From a virus (Duplodnaviria; Caudoviricetes): 24,966 nt of DNA. Below, in pieces: positions 14,701 to 23,119 of the stretch. The notes below the pieces were generated by a model. It searched no databases. It had not been told where the DNA came from and worked only from the letters and a program-made list of their open reading frames with translations. How positions within the stretch are numbered: the stretch's first letter is position 1; each line of letters starts with the position of its first letter. Made by a program: the position numbers and the translations under genes. The stretch covers positions 1 through 24,966 of IMG/VR virus record IMGVR_UViG_3300008011_000123; one strand, given 5' to 3'.

Positions 14701-17179
14701 GCAGCGCGTGGGCGTGTGTCGTTTGCGCCAGCGTGTTGTTGCGCGTCGTAAAGTCCAGGAAAATCTCGCTGCCTTTTTGCGCGCCGGCAAATGAGATTTC
14801 ATCTTCCTGCGCAGCGCGCGCCACGTTCTGCACCAATTCCGGCGCCTCGTTGGTGAACGCGTGATTGCGCAGCGCATTGCGGTTCCGGATCAATTTTGCC
14901 AGCTGAATGTCGGTGTCCGTCGGTTCGCGCAGCCGGTGGTAAAGCGCGCCAATGCCTTGCGCCGGATCGTCTTTCAGCGTCACGGCGAGGCTGCGCAGGC
15001 TCTCTTGGAACAGGCTTTCATCGCCCGGCAGATCAATCGGCGAGTCGCGGAAGCCCTTGCCAAGCTGAAACGCGGAGTCAAAAATCGCATTCGGCAGATC
15101 GCCGTCGGCCTTCAAAACCGTGCTGGCGGGCAGACTTTGACTGTCCATTGCCACGAACGCATCCCAAAGCAAATTCTTCATGCCGCGCTCGTCCGTCAGC
15201 CGCATGTTGAACAGCTTCTCGAAGTCAAACGGGTCGAGGTCAGCTTCGAGCGTGAAGCCCTTGTCCGCCCGCATGGCCCTGAAAGCCTCGAATTTCTTGA
15301 CCAGACTTTCCGACGCGGCGTATCCGATGTCAACCGCCGCCCGCACTTGCGCAGCCTTCGGCATGTTCGCCAAATCCGCCGGGATAGTCAGCCGCTTGTC
15401 AGCGATGGCGTCCAGCAGTTGATACGGCAGCTGGTCAAAACGCGCGTCGGGATCGGCCAGAAATTCCTTCCAGAAATTGTATGTCCACGTCTTGTTTTCC
15501 GCTGCGCGCGCCACCAGTCCGCTAAGCGCCGAAGCCTCGCTGAACGAAAGCGCGCCCGCGTCCAGCGCAGTTTGCTTCGTAAATCGGTCAGTGCGCGTCT
15601 CGAGGACGAGGTGCCCGCGGTTCGTCAGCGCGATTTGGCCGGTGCGGTCAGGGCCCTCAGTGAACCTGATGCCGTTGTTGTTCTGGCTGATTTGCGCGCG
15701 TTGGGCGAACGCGGTTTCTTCCCACGGCACCTGCCGGTCCGGGCTGTAATTCGCAACGCCGGTGCGCTCGATCACCGCCGCGCGGAACTGCTTGAGCGGA
15801 ACGAACTCTGCCCGCAGCGCGTCAAGTTCATCTTGCAGCTTCCGAATATCATCGACCGGGCTGTTTTTCTCGAGCGCAAGGTCGATTTCGCTGACAAGTT
15901 TATTCTCCATGTCCTGCATTCTGCGCCGGATTTGCTCGAACCTGCCGACGACACCGGGCTGCCCTTTCGCATTGCCCTGCGCATTTTCCAGCGACGCAAG
16001 GCCGTGCGTGGTCGCTTCGTTGTTCGTCACGCGCAGCCGCATAGCCGCCAGTGCTGCCGGGGCCAGCGCATACTCGCCGGAAATCGCAGGCATGTTGCCG
16101 AAGCCAGCCCGAAGCGTGTTGTTGTTATTCAGCTGGTATTTCGCCATCCGGGACAAGTGGCCGTTCATCAGGTTGCTGATCATCGCATCTTCCGCGCGCA
16201 CGGTCGCCATCAGCGCCTGATAAGACAGCGGCGAATTCGGCCTGCCAGCCAGCGCCGGGGTAGCACTTTCCAATTCGCGCACCAAACGCTGGCCGTGCAG
16301 CGCCGCCACAAGCCCCTGCCATTCCTCGCCGACGACGTTGAACAGCGTGTCGGAAACGTCCAAGCTGCCGCCCGCATGTGCCCGCGCCGCAGCCGCCGCC
16401 CGTTCGCCAGACTTACTTGCCGCCCGCAGCCCTCTGCGCATAGCCGCGCGGCCGAGAATGTGCTCGATACCCACGTTCAGCCCGACGCCAAGCCCGCCGA
16501 ACGCAAGATACGCCATGCTGCCCATTTCGTCGGGGAACAGAAAGTCGGAATTATTGAACGTCGCGGCCAGCGCAATTTCAACCGCGACCCCCTCTTTGAT
16601 CGCCTGCGTGGTCCGCGCCGTCCGCATCCAGTCTTGCACGTCGCCAAAAGTCCGCCCGTAGGCAGCCAGCGCGGTGCCGGAAGTTGACGACGCAAGGTCA
16701 AGCCCGGGGCTGTTGCGGCGCAAACGGGAGCCGACTTCGACGGCATGCAGCCTGCGCGTTGCGGCCATAATCGTGTCAACGTCGCGCACTTCCTGCATGG
16801 TGCTGAAAACTGCGCGCGCCGCATCCTCGCCAAAACGCGCTTGGAAAAGCTGGCCTGCGCGGCTTGAAACTTGCACCCCGCGCATGACCACGCCGACGCC
16901 CGCAAACATCGCGGCCGTGTTGCCGACCATGTCGTAAAGCCCTTTGCTGCGGTGATACTGCGTCGCGCCCGCGGGCACAAAGCTGTCGACCACATTGTCG
17001 TAGCCAAGCACATTCGGGACAGCGTTGAGCAGCGACGTGGCCGTGGTGTCCACAACGGCCAGCGGGTAATTCCAGACGGCCAGCCCGTCGCCGAGGCGCG
17101 CGTTTTGCTCGTCTTGAATTGTTTGCAGCATCCGCGTCGGAATGCCGATGCCTTCGCTGACTTGATCAGAAATTGCCAT
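11771..17179 (-). CDS. Large internal virion / DNA ejection protein (1802 aa)
   Basis: Last and largest gene of the late block; helical, no Cys seen, Gly-rich hydrophobic segments (MAYLAFGGLGVGLNVGI; AGIFGMAGLPGW); position analogous to T7 gp16. No catalytic motif recognised. Confidence 0.75.
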   Translation of the reverse strand: MAISDQVSEGIGIPTRMLQTIQDEQNARLGDGLAVWNYPLAVVDTTATSLLNAVPNVLGYDNVVDSFVPAGATQYHRSKGLYDMVGNTAAMFAGVGVVMRGVQVSSRAGQLFQARFGEDAARAVFSTMQEVRDVDTIMAATRRLHAVEVGSRLRRNSPGLDLASSTSGTALAAYGRTFGDVQDWMRTARTTQAIKEGVAVEIALAATFNNSDFLFPDEMGSMAYLAFGGLGVGLNVGIEHILGRAAMRRGLRAASKSGERAAAAARAHAGGSLDVSDTLFNVVGEEWQGLVAALHGQRLVRELESATPALAGRPNSPLSYQALMATVRAEDAMISNLMNGHLSRMAKYQLNNNNTLRAGFGNMPAISGEYALAPAALAAMRLRVTNNEATTHGLASLENAQGNAKGQPGVVGRFEQIRRRMQDMENKLVSEIDLALEKNSPVDDIRKLQDELDALRAEFVPLKQFRAAVIERTGVANYSPDRQVPWEETAFAQRAQISQNNNGIRFTEGPDRTGQIALTNRGHLVLETRTDRFTKQTALDAGALSFSEASALSGLVARAAENKTWTYNFWKEFLADPDARFDQLPYQLLDAIADKRLTIPADLANMPKAAQVRAAVDIGYAASESLVKKFEAFRAMRADKGFTLEADLDPFDFEKLFNMRLTDERGMKNLLWDAFVAMDSQSLPASTVLKADGDLPNAIFDSAFQLGKGFRDSPIDLPGDESLFQESLRSLAVTLKDDPAQGIGALYHRLREPTDTDIQLAKLIRNRNALRNHAFTNEAPELVQNVARAAQEDEISFAGAQKGSEIFLDFTTRNNTLAQTTHAHALQDTLQHAHTQGQIAQTAIDAIKQEQLLPIAQLDRELFADTTGMGARVLAEYGQTYALVSRGVALVEEAYVPGLNAIDMTRPGAAHLLEILGPLRGAPDAGQPWHLFDVTIAATEGRYVPIQLSEQGAKRLNMSTAIQYKLLEAENFLRRQSGLHVKSKLNGHLPAPDFSRYEMRYISDPKTNRVVGYIKGRTVQEVETEVRRALDAHNAKLPPEQHLVPMKAEQIREYFEQTDQNFLSNLQDWSGYRQTGAGGGRNFDFRMSNPEELMAEHMIAMRNSFDDIKDRTLTGLYSQSFANTRRTAHINGDSGGVRGQKTHFSAAEQWENLLLARDRLPVDSHARRAHDWVDSLYNTTVGRMTDIMPWNMRAADAIINGTDNKLLARLTAPQRKHVEDAIANYAPFTHLVNRPDLKDVFKGRISADPYKLRRQLQSANRIAASFMLKHMNIAHPILNMMGLAVTLPAVRDQMIRRTGETAERFAERLGYLADYIDPERGFATVSPIKAFLEGWHMVFNDPAAYKFAAQRGYLSANMLEELNKLNNYGQRNTADILEDFIGMTDIYNRVINFGMKNRGATPSAPSLSERSETFSRAVAHMAGLALIRQSGREGLSEAAQHAFAHKFSNLNIADFAPNIRGEAFRGSAGIPFGLFQSYSINIYQRLFRYIQDGNKRSLAIQAMTQAGIFGMAGLPGWDQLNALYFNGSNMQADERGATSLNERIHQNLGKGMGDLLMSGSVSSLPKLLGADTGLNLYSSGDLNFQAPVIPPAISLAMQTGEGLREGVKRTSEELSNAVNGRGFDTARIGEVIANYGPSRGFRSMADLAIGERIDRRGNLILDDTRSGMGLLSRLIGVRTMNEMQVSAALWENSQAQSQRVADMARVRSQMLRGFRDGSLDEETALRFLDSYISAGGREDQWPRWLNYTAEMGTKTRAERALDRVVGQLGEVYGHDYASVMRLRAAGVEFNALLNPEAGTPPE

Positions 17180-17186
17180 TGCTCAG

Positions 17187-19736
17187 TTACTCCCGCGATT
17201 TCATTGCTGTGCGAACTGCGTCGGGGTCCAAGCCCATCGAGCGCAGTTCATTTTCGATGTCGGCCCGCGTCAGTCCCTTCGCGCCAAGATCGTAGACCAA
17301 GCCAGACAGAAAATTCTCCGGCCGCCGCCTGTCCGGGTTTGACAAATCGCGCATCATCAACCGCATGATCGCCATTTCCACGCTGGCCTGTGCCTGCCGC
17401 TGACCAGCCGTTTGACGCGCCGGGCCGCCCTGCCGCAAGATAGCCGCCGCTGTCTGAGACACCGCCCCGGGCTCGCCAAACGCATACGCCCGGCTGCTGA
17501 TTTGCAATTGCGTCGTGCCCTGCTGCTGCAAGTTGACGCCCGCGAGGTTCTGCGCGAATGTCGTTTGCAGGGCGCGGACGGTTGTCGGCACGATGTCTTC
17601 GAACGCAACCGCGCCTTCGCCATGCGTCGGAACGCCAAGGACAGAGCGGTTAAACTCTGTCAGGAACCCGGCCATTTCGCGGCTTGGAACGCCGTTGGGA
17701 CTGCCCGCGATGAATTTCGCCAACTCGTCGCTGTTGTTCAGCGCGTCTTGCATGACCCGGAAGATCGCGCCGCGCTGGTATGCGGGCCCCGGATTTTCAT
17801 CGCCGTTTCGCGCCGCCTGTTCCTGTTCGCGCAGGATCATCCGCTCCAGCATAACGCCCGCCGAGACGATCCGCCGCTGGTAATCCGTCGCCGAAACGCC
17901 CTGCATACTGCCGTCCACCAGCGGCGAGAGCAATTCCTGCGCGTCGTCCGGGAGAAACTGCGCAAGGCTGGAATTCAACAGCGCGTCCAGCATTACATTT
18001 CCGGCAACATAACCGGCGCTGTCCTGCACGATGCTGATGATGTGCCCGTCCGTGACCTGCCCGCTGGTGCCGATCAGCCGGTCGCGGTTAAGATCAGTCA
18101 GACTGGCATTCGGGTCTTGCGCCCAGCGGTCGAAATCTGCCGGACGGATGCCGCGTTCTTTCAGCAGCGCGCTCAGGGCAGCGCCAAACGGGTGCCCGCG
18201 GAAACTCGCGTCGCTGAAACCAACGGCTGAAACGAGCGCAGCTTTGACGCTTTCCCCGCTGCTGAACCGGCCCTGCGTGATATCTTCCACCACGTATTCC
18301 GGCGCGCCAGTAGCCCGCAATGCATCGGCCGCCAAATTGCGCGCCTGCTGTGCCGCTTGCTGTGCCGTTTCGATCAGCGCCGCTTGCCGGGCCGGGTCTT
18401 GCTCGCGCGCCGCCGCAGCGAAAAGGTCAACCGACTGGCCCATCATTGCCTGCATTCCGATCCGCGTTTCGCTGGGCAGGCCGACGGCCATCGACATTGT
18501 CGTTTCGATGATCCGCTGCGTGTCGCGCTGCTCGTGCATGAACCGGCGCATGTTGACGTTAGTGGACAAGGCGACGGTGGCGGCCGCCTGCTGGTTTTGC
18601 ATGTCGGTGATGAACGATTGCAACAGCGCCATCGGTGCCATGGACACGGTAGTCCCGTTGGCCGTTGTCACCGTAATGTTCGGCAGTTTGGCCAGCGCAT
18701 CGGAGATTTCAGAAATTGCGCCGGGGTCGTTGTAGACTTGCTCCTGCATCGTCGCCATGTCCGCGCCCAAAGCCGTCGCGATTTCTTGCAGCTTTTGAAG
18801 CGGTGACATGGTGGCCGTCGCCATTTGCGCGAGTTGCGCGGCGTTGGTTTCGGCGGCCAAATCAATCGCGCCAAACTGAACGCGGGCAGCCTCGATTTCC
18901 TGCCGCCGCTGCATTGCCTCGCCGATAGCCAGCATCGAAACGCCCTGCGGCAACTCCAATTCGCCGTTGGCATATTTCATCAAATCGGCCGTCGAGATAT
19001 CACCGTTGCTGGCCAGCTGGTGCGCCTGCATTGTGACCGTGTTCCCCATCCGCGTGATCATCTGCGCGTCTTGCTGGTTCAGCGCGGTGGTCATGGTGGC
19101 CAGCGCGTCGTGCGCAGCTGCGCGGTTTGCGGTCCCGAACGTCTGGCGCAAAAGGCTGGGGTCGTTGCCGTTCCAGATTTCATACAGCTGGTCGATGGAA
19201 AGCCCGCTGTTCATCGTCGCTTCGATGATCTTGTCCGTCTCGGCCGCGCGCTCGATGCTGGTCGCAGCCTGCCGGTTTTGCGCAATCGCGGCAGAGTTGG
19301 CCGACAGCGTAGCGTCCAGCCGGGACTGGAACGTCGCCTCGTTCATATTGTTCGTCATTTCGAGGTCGCGGACGCGCTGCGCGTTGTAGTCGTTCTCCAG
19401 CCGCTGCGACAAATTCCGCACGTCGGCAGAACTGTTCATCAGAAACTGCTCCAATTCGGCCACGCGGGCGCGCCTGCCGGTAGCGTCGTAGCCAGCGCCG
19501 CGCAAATTCATCCGGGCAGTCGGGCTCGCGTTGGCCAGCAGGCTTTCCGATTGCGTGATATCATTCAACTCGCGCAGCGCACCTTGCAAGTTGGCGGGCA
19601 CGACTTGACCAGCTTGCGCGTAGGAGTTGGCGATTTCCGAAGAAAACACGTGATTGCCCGCAGCATCAGCGCGCGCCGCAATGCCGGTCCCGTAGCGCTC
19701 GGCCAGCCCGCGCATGAAAGTGTTGTCGTTTGCCAT
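17187..19736 (-). CDS. Probable internal virion / ejection protein (849 aa)
   Basis: Ala/Gln/Met-rich helical protein, no Cys seen; SD AAGGGA; position analogous to T7 gp15. Confidence 0.7.
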   Translation of the reverse strand: MANDNTFMRGLAERYGTGIAARADAAGNHVFSSEIANSYAQAGQVVPANLQGALRELNDITQSESLLANASPTARMNLRGAGYDATGRRARVAELEQFLMNSSADVRNLSQRLENDYNAQRVRDLEMTNNMNEATFQSRLDATLSANSAAIAQNRQAATSIERAAETDKIIEATMNSGLSIDQLYEIWNGNDPSLLRQTFGTANRAAAHDALATMTTALNQQDAQMITRMGNTVTMQAHQLASNGDISTADLMKYANGELELPQGVSMLAIGEAMQRRQEIEAARVQFGAIDLAAETNAAQLAQMATATMSPLQKLQEIATALGADMATMQEQVYNDPGAISEISDALAKLPNITVTTANGTTVSMAPMALLQSFITDMQNQQAAATVALSTNVNMRRFMHEQRDTQRIIETTMSMAVGLPSETRIGMQAMMGQSVDLFAAAAREQDPARQAALIETAQQAAQQARNLAADALRATGAPEYVVEDITQGRFSSGESVKAALVSAVGFSDASFRGHPFGAALSALLKERGIRPADFDRWAQDPNASLTDLNRDRLIGTSGQVTDGHIISIVQDSAGYVAGNVMLDALLNSSLAQFLPDDAQELLSPLVDGSMQGVSATDYQRRIVSAGVMLERMILREQEQAARNGDENPGPAYQRGAIFRVMQDALNNSDELAKFIAGSPNGVPSREMAGFLTEFNRSVLGVPTHGEGAVAFEDIVPTTVRALQTTFAQNLAGVNLQQQGTTQLQISSRAYAFGEPGAVSQTAAAILRQGGPARQTAGQRQAQASVEMAIMRLMMRDLSNPDRRRPENFLSGLVYDLGAKGLTRADIENELRSMGLDPDAVRTAMKSRE

Positions 19737-19753
19737 CGGTTATTCCCTTTCCA

Positions 19754-20446
19754 TCATTCAAACAGGCGAGCCAGCTGGACGCCGGAAATCACCTGCGCCG
19801 TAGCCGCGCGACTTTGCCCGCTGTCGCCAATCCGCAGGCCGGGCTGGCTGAACGGCGTATTGGCCGCATTGTGCCGGGCGTTCGCCAGCGACTGCATATT
19901 GGCCTCAAAAGCGGCCCGCCGGGGGTTCATGTCTTGCGGCCCGCGCAATTGCGCAACTTGGCCATTCGAAGACGACGGCCCTTCCGCAACGTCCAAACGC
20001 GGGGTCGCCGGTTGACTGCCTTGGCCCGCTACCCGTCCGCCGCCCGGTCCGCGCGCGCCAGACAGAATGTTCCGCAGGTAGCCTTGAGTTTCGGCGGGCA
20101 GATTTGCGCGATTTCCGTTCCACCGATCGGCGTTTCCGGCGCCCCAATTATACGCGGCCAGCGCGCGCTCGACGTTCCCGTCATAGCGGTTCAGCATCGC
20201 GCCTAGGTATTCCTCGCCAAACCGCCGGTTCTCCTGCGCGTCAAATCGCCGGTTCCAGTCCAGCGGCCGAACACCGAAACCGGGGGCGCGCGCCGTGTCG
20301 GGCATGACCTGCATCAAGCCAGCCGCGCCGGCGCCCGAAACGGCTCTCGGATTTCCGCGACTTTCCTGCCAGATCACGGCTTCGACAAGCTGGTCAAAGG
20401 CAGGCGTCCCGGGGCGCACGTTGCTGCCCACCATCCAATCAGTCAT
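19754..20446 (-). CDS. Virion-associated lytic transglycosylase (SLT domain) with low-complexity C-terminus (230 aa)
   Basis: QESRGNPRAVS (catalytic Glu), GAAGLMQVMPDTA, ALAAYNWG, ETQGY. Confidence 0.93.
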   Translation of the reverse strand: MTDWMVGSNVRPGTPAFDQLVEAVIWQESRGNPRAVSGAGAAGLMQVMPDTARAPGFGVRPLDWNRRFDAQENRRFGEEYLGAMLNRYDGNVERALAAYNWGAGNADRWNGNRANLPAETQGYLRNILSGARGPGGGRVAGQGSQPATPRLDVAEGPSSSNGQVAQLRGPQDMNPRRAAFEANMQSLANARHNAANTPFSQPGLRIGDSGQSRAATAQVISGVQLARLFE

Positions 20447-20447
20447 G

Positions 20448-21335
20448 TCAGAACATCCTCATGATGGGGCCGGAGCCAACAGCCAGCGGATGCGGCGCAA
20501 TACGGTCAGGACGACCTTGGACCGCGCGATCGCGTTGAATAATCTGCCCGCCGGTGCCGTCTTCGTCAACAAGCCGCGTCTGATTTCGCGGTCTGCGGTC
20601 CGGCGTTTGTTGCGGCTGAGCAGGTTGCGCAGGCTGATCGGGCGTGTTTTTCTGGCCAGTTTTCCGGTCAGCAATCTGCTGGTCAAGCCCTTCCAGCATA
20701 CGCTGCTCGATGCCGGTCAGCATCATTTCCAGCAGCCGGTCGGCGCCGGGCGCATTGCGTTGACGTTCCGGGCCGGGAACCGCCGTCAGTTGCGCAAGCA
20801 ATTTCGCCTCGTCCGGAGAGACCACGGATTTATTTTCCAGCGCAAGCGCAGCAGCCTTGTCCGCCGTCGTCGAATTGCTGCCCTTCTGCTCCGCCTTGAT
20901 CTGCTCGGGCGTCAAGTCTTGCGGCCCCGTGACCGCGCCAGACCCGCGGACGGCAGCGTCGCCAGCCAGCACGGCTTGATCAATCATCATGGAGCCAGAC
21001 GTGTTGACAGCTTGCGGGCCGATAATGCCGGTCTCGCGGAACGATTGCAACGCCGCGACTTGCGCTTCCATGCCGAGATTGAACCCGGTGCTGCCGGTCA
21101 CAGGCGTCCAGTTGCCCTGCGGCCCGCGCACCTCGATCACGCCGTCCATGGCCATATGCGGCGGCAAATTGTCCCGGCCGTAAAGCATGGCGAAATTCTC
21201 GCGGGCCGCAATGGCAACGGGGTTGACAGTCTCGCGGTAAACGAGGCGGGCGTCGGGGCCTTCCATCTGCACGATATCCGGCCGCGGTTGCCGACGAGCA
21301 GGGCCGGCGCCGAAAATCCTTCTCAACATCTCCAT
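20448..21335 (-). CDS. Hypothetical virion-module protein (295 aa), probable ejection protein
   Basis: SD GGAG; Gln/Pro-rich linker (DQPAQPAQPQQ); stop 1 nt before the SLT start. Confidence 0.7.
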   Translation of the reverse strand: MEMLRRIFGAGPARRQPRPDIVQMEGPDARLVYRETVNPVAIAARENFAMLYGRDNLPPHMAMDGVIEVRGPQGNWTPVTGSTGFNLGMEAQVAALQSFRETGIIGPQAVNTSGSMMIDQAVLAGDAAVRGSGAVTGPQDLTPEQIKAEQKGSNSTTADKAAALALENKSVVSPDEAKLLAQLTAVPGPERQRNAPGADRLLEMMLTGIEQRMLEGLDQQIADRKTGQKNTPDQPAQPAQPQQTPDRRPRNQTRLVDEDGTGGQIIQRDRAVQGRPDRIAPHPLAVGSGPIMRMF

Positions 21336-21349
21336 CGTTTTTCTCCGTG

Positions 21350-22150
21350 TTATGGCGCGCTGGGGATCAAAGCCGCGATGCCCAAGCTGTCACCGATTGC
21401 CGCCGTCGCCGTCCCGTAAGCCCCGTCGTTGTCCGCCACGTCCACGCCCTCGTGGTAAAACCGGCCGAGCAGATCGAACGTCCTGTTGCCCTCGTCGCGG
21501 TTCTCTGTGTAGTCGCGGTCGGTCAGTTCGATTGTCTCCGCGCCGCGCAAAACGCCCCACATGATGTTCAAGCCGCTCAAGCCGACCTCCTGCATTCTCG
21601 CCCGCGCGTTCATCTGCATCTCAAACGCCTGCGCAATGGCGGTGCTTTCGTGCTCCTTGAACCGGCGCAGACTTTCCGCAATGTGACCGGCGATCCGGCG
21701 GGTGACTTCGATTTCCGCCTTTGTCGTCATTTCCTGCACGAGGCAGTTGAGGCTGCTACCGGCCGTCCGCGCCCACTGGTTCGAGTTGAGGTAAATGTGG
21801 TTCAGCATTTCCGTCTTGAGGTCGTCGATTTCGTCGCCAAGCAGCGTCCGGAAATCCGGGTAAAGTGAAATCGCGCGATCCCAAGCGGCCCCGGCGCGCG
21901 TCGTCAAGTCGGCTTTGTCCGTGCAAAACGTGTCAACGGTGCAGGTCTCCAAACTCACGATCGCCTCGCGCAGCTGCGCCCGGTCGTCGTCCGTCAGCAG
22001 CGTCCCGGTGCGCGTGATGTCCTCGGTCCCGTCGACTGCGAGGTCCACGTTGACGATTTTCGTCCCGACATTTCCTTCAAACCCGCCTTTGCGCGTCGAG
22101 GAATTGCGGAACATGTATTCGGAAGTATCGTTGAAATTGATCGTTGTCAT
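21350..22150 (-). CDS. Probable small ejection protein (266 aa)
   Basis: ATGA overlap with acyltransferase; SD GAGGG; Thr-rich ends, helical core, Gly/Ala hydrophobic C-terminus (GAYGTATAAIGDSLGIAALIP). Confidence 0.65.
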   Translation of the reverse strand: MTTINFNDTSEYMFRNSSTRKGGFEGNVGTKIVNVDLAVDGTEDITRTGTLLTDDDRAQLREAIVSLETCTVDTFCTDKADLTTRAGAAWDRAISLYPDFRTLLGDEIDDLKTEMLNHIYLNSNQWARTAGSSLNCLVQEMTTKAEIEVTRRIAGHIAESLRRFKEHESTAIAQAFEMQMNARARMQEVGLSGLNIMWGVLRGAETIELTDRDYTENRDEGNRTFDLLGRFYHEGVDVADNDGAYGTATAAIGDSLGIAALIPSAP

Positions 22151-22635
22151 TTGCCGCCCTCTCGCTTGGCCAAGTTAGGCAATTTGCCGCGCCGCATCTT
22201 GCCGTTGCTGCTGACCATCCTGTGAAACTCGTCGTAGTCTTTGCCGACGCTGGCACCGAACGCCAACTGCAAATCCTTCCCGTGGCCGAGCGGCGCGCAG
22301 AAATCCATATACCACATCGCGCTGCCGGATTTCCACTCGTCAGGCATCAGCGGCCGCAGGAATTTGGAGAAGATCACTTCCGCCGGGCGCGACAGCCATG
22401 CCCACGTGACAAACGCGACCGGCATTTTCGCCACCGCGTCTTTGTCCACGCGTTCGTAAAGCAGCCCATACTGCCCGCGCGAAATCGGAATGCGCGTATT
22501 CTCGGTGAAAGTGAACAGCGCCGTGCTGCCGTATTCAGCACTCAGGCAGCCGATCATAGCCACCATTGCCAGCGCGCGCATCTGGTCAGCTTCCTGACCG
22601 AAGACCAGCGTGTCAGTTTCGTGCAGTATTTTCAT
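22147..22635 (-). CDS. HlyC/TAAT-family (RTX toxin-activating) lysine acyltransferase homolog (162 aa)
   Basis: PISRGQY..., PVAFVTWAWLS, L.PDEWKSG..MWYMDFCAPLG align by eye with HlyC [42 protein letters not shown] GAGGA. Confidence 0.9.
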   Translation of the reverse strand: MKILHETDTLVFGQEADQMRALAMVAMIGCLSAEYGSTALFTFTENTRIPISRGQYGLLYERVDKDAVAKMPVAFVTWAWLSRPAEVIFSKFLRPLMPDEWKSGSAMWYMDFCAPLGHGKDLQLAFGASVGKDYDEFHRMVSSNGKMRRGKLPNLAKREGGK

Positions 22636-22669
22636 TTCGCCAATCCTCGGTCAGGTTGTTTTCGACAGC

Positions 22670-23095
22670 TTAGCGCATCACAGCGACGTAATCGCCAGCG
22701 GCCGGCACCACGACCGCGACGACATACTCGCCGTCAACAAGCGTGATGGTGATCGTGCAGTCGTGCGTCACGACAACACCGGCGGCCGTGGAAACTTGCA
22801 CCAGCGGGTAAGCCGTGCCAGCCGGGATTTCAAACGGGGTCACGCTGTCGGCCGCTGTCCATTGCGCATTGGCCGGGGGCGCGTAGAACACGGACGCCAC
22901 GCCATCACTCGGGGCGAGCGGGACGACAAAACCGCCAGGCGTTGCGCCATCATGCACGGCCAATCCGACCATGAACTGGCCGCTGCGCGTTGCCGTGATC
23001 TGCCCGAGCAGACCAGTGTAGTTGTTCGCCTGCGCGCCAGCTTGCAGGACTTCATTTTGCTCCGGGTCGCGCCCGCGCCGCATTTTCGTTGTCAT
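22670..23095 (-). CDS. Short fibre/decoration protein with Mtd N-terminal-like domain (141 aa)
   Basis: MRRG...YTGLLGQIT...LAVHDGATPGGF matches the Mtd_N-type pattern RRG...FTG..GE.T...VHDG.T.GG; SD AGGAG. Confidence 0.7.
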   Translation of the reverse strand: MTTKMRRGRDPEQNEVLQAGAQANNYTGLLGQITATRSGQFMVGLAVHDGATPGGFVVPLAPSDGVASVFYAPPANAQWTAADSVTPFEIPAGTAYPLVQVSTAAGVVVTHDCTITITLVDGEYVVAVVVPAAGDYVAVMR

Positions 23096-23119
23096 TTGTC
23101 AATCTCCTTTTGTTGCGTT

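Noticed and set aside
14861-16687. Long opposite-strand ORFs (608 aa here; also 22610-24067, 3910-5193, 7079-8323, 18825-20015)
   Set aside because: They shadow well-supported genes, carry no motifs and are expected from GC-rich codon bias.
11771-17179. Virion-encapsidated RNA polymerase
   Set aside because: No DxDGD or T7/N4-type catalytic motifs recognised; a highly diverged enzyme cannot be excluded without structure prediction.
11771-22635. RTX toxin operon
   Set aside because: No Ca-binding nonapeptide repeats and no HlyB/HlyD transporter; neighbours are virion-type genes.
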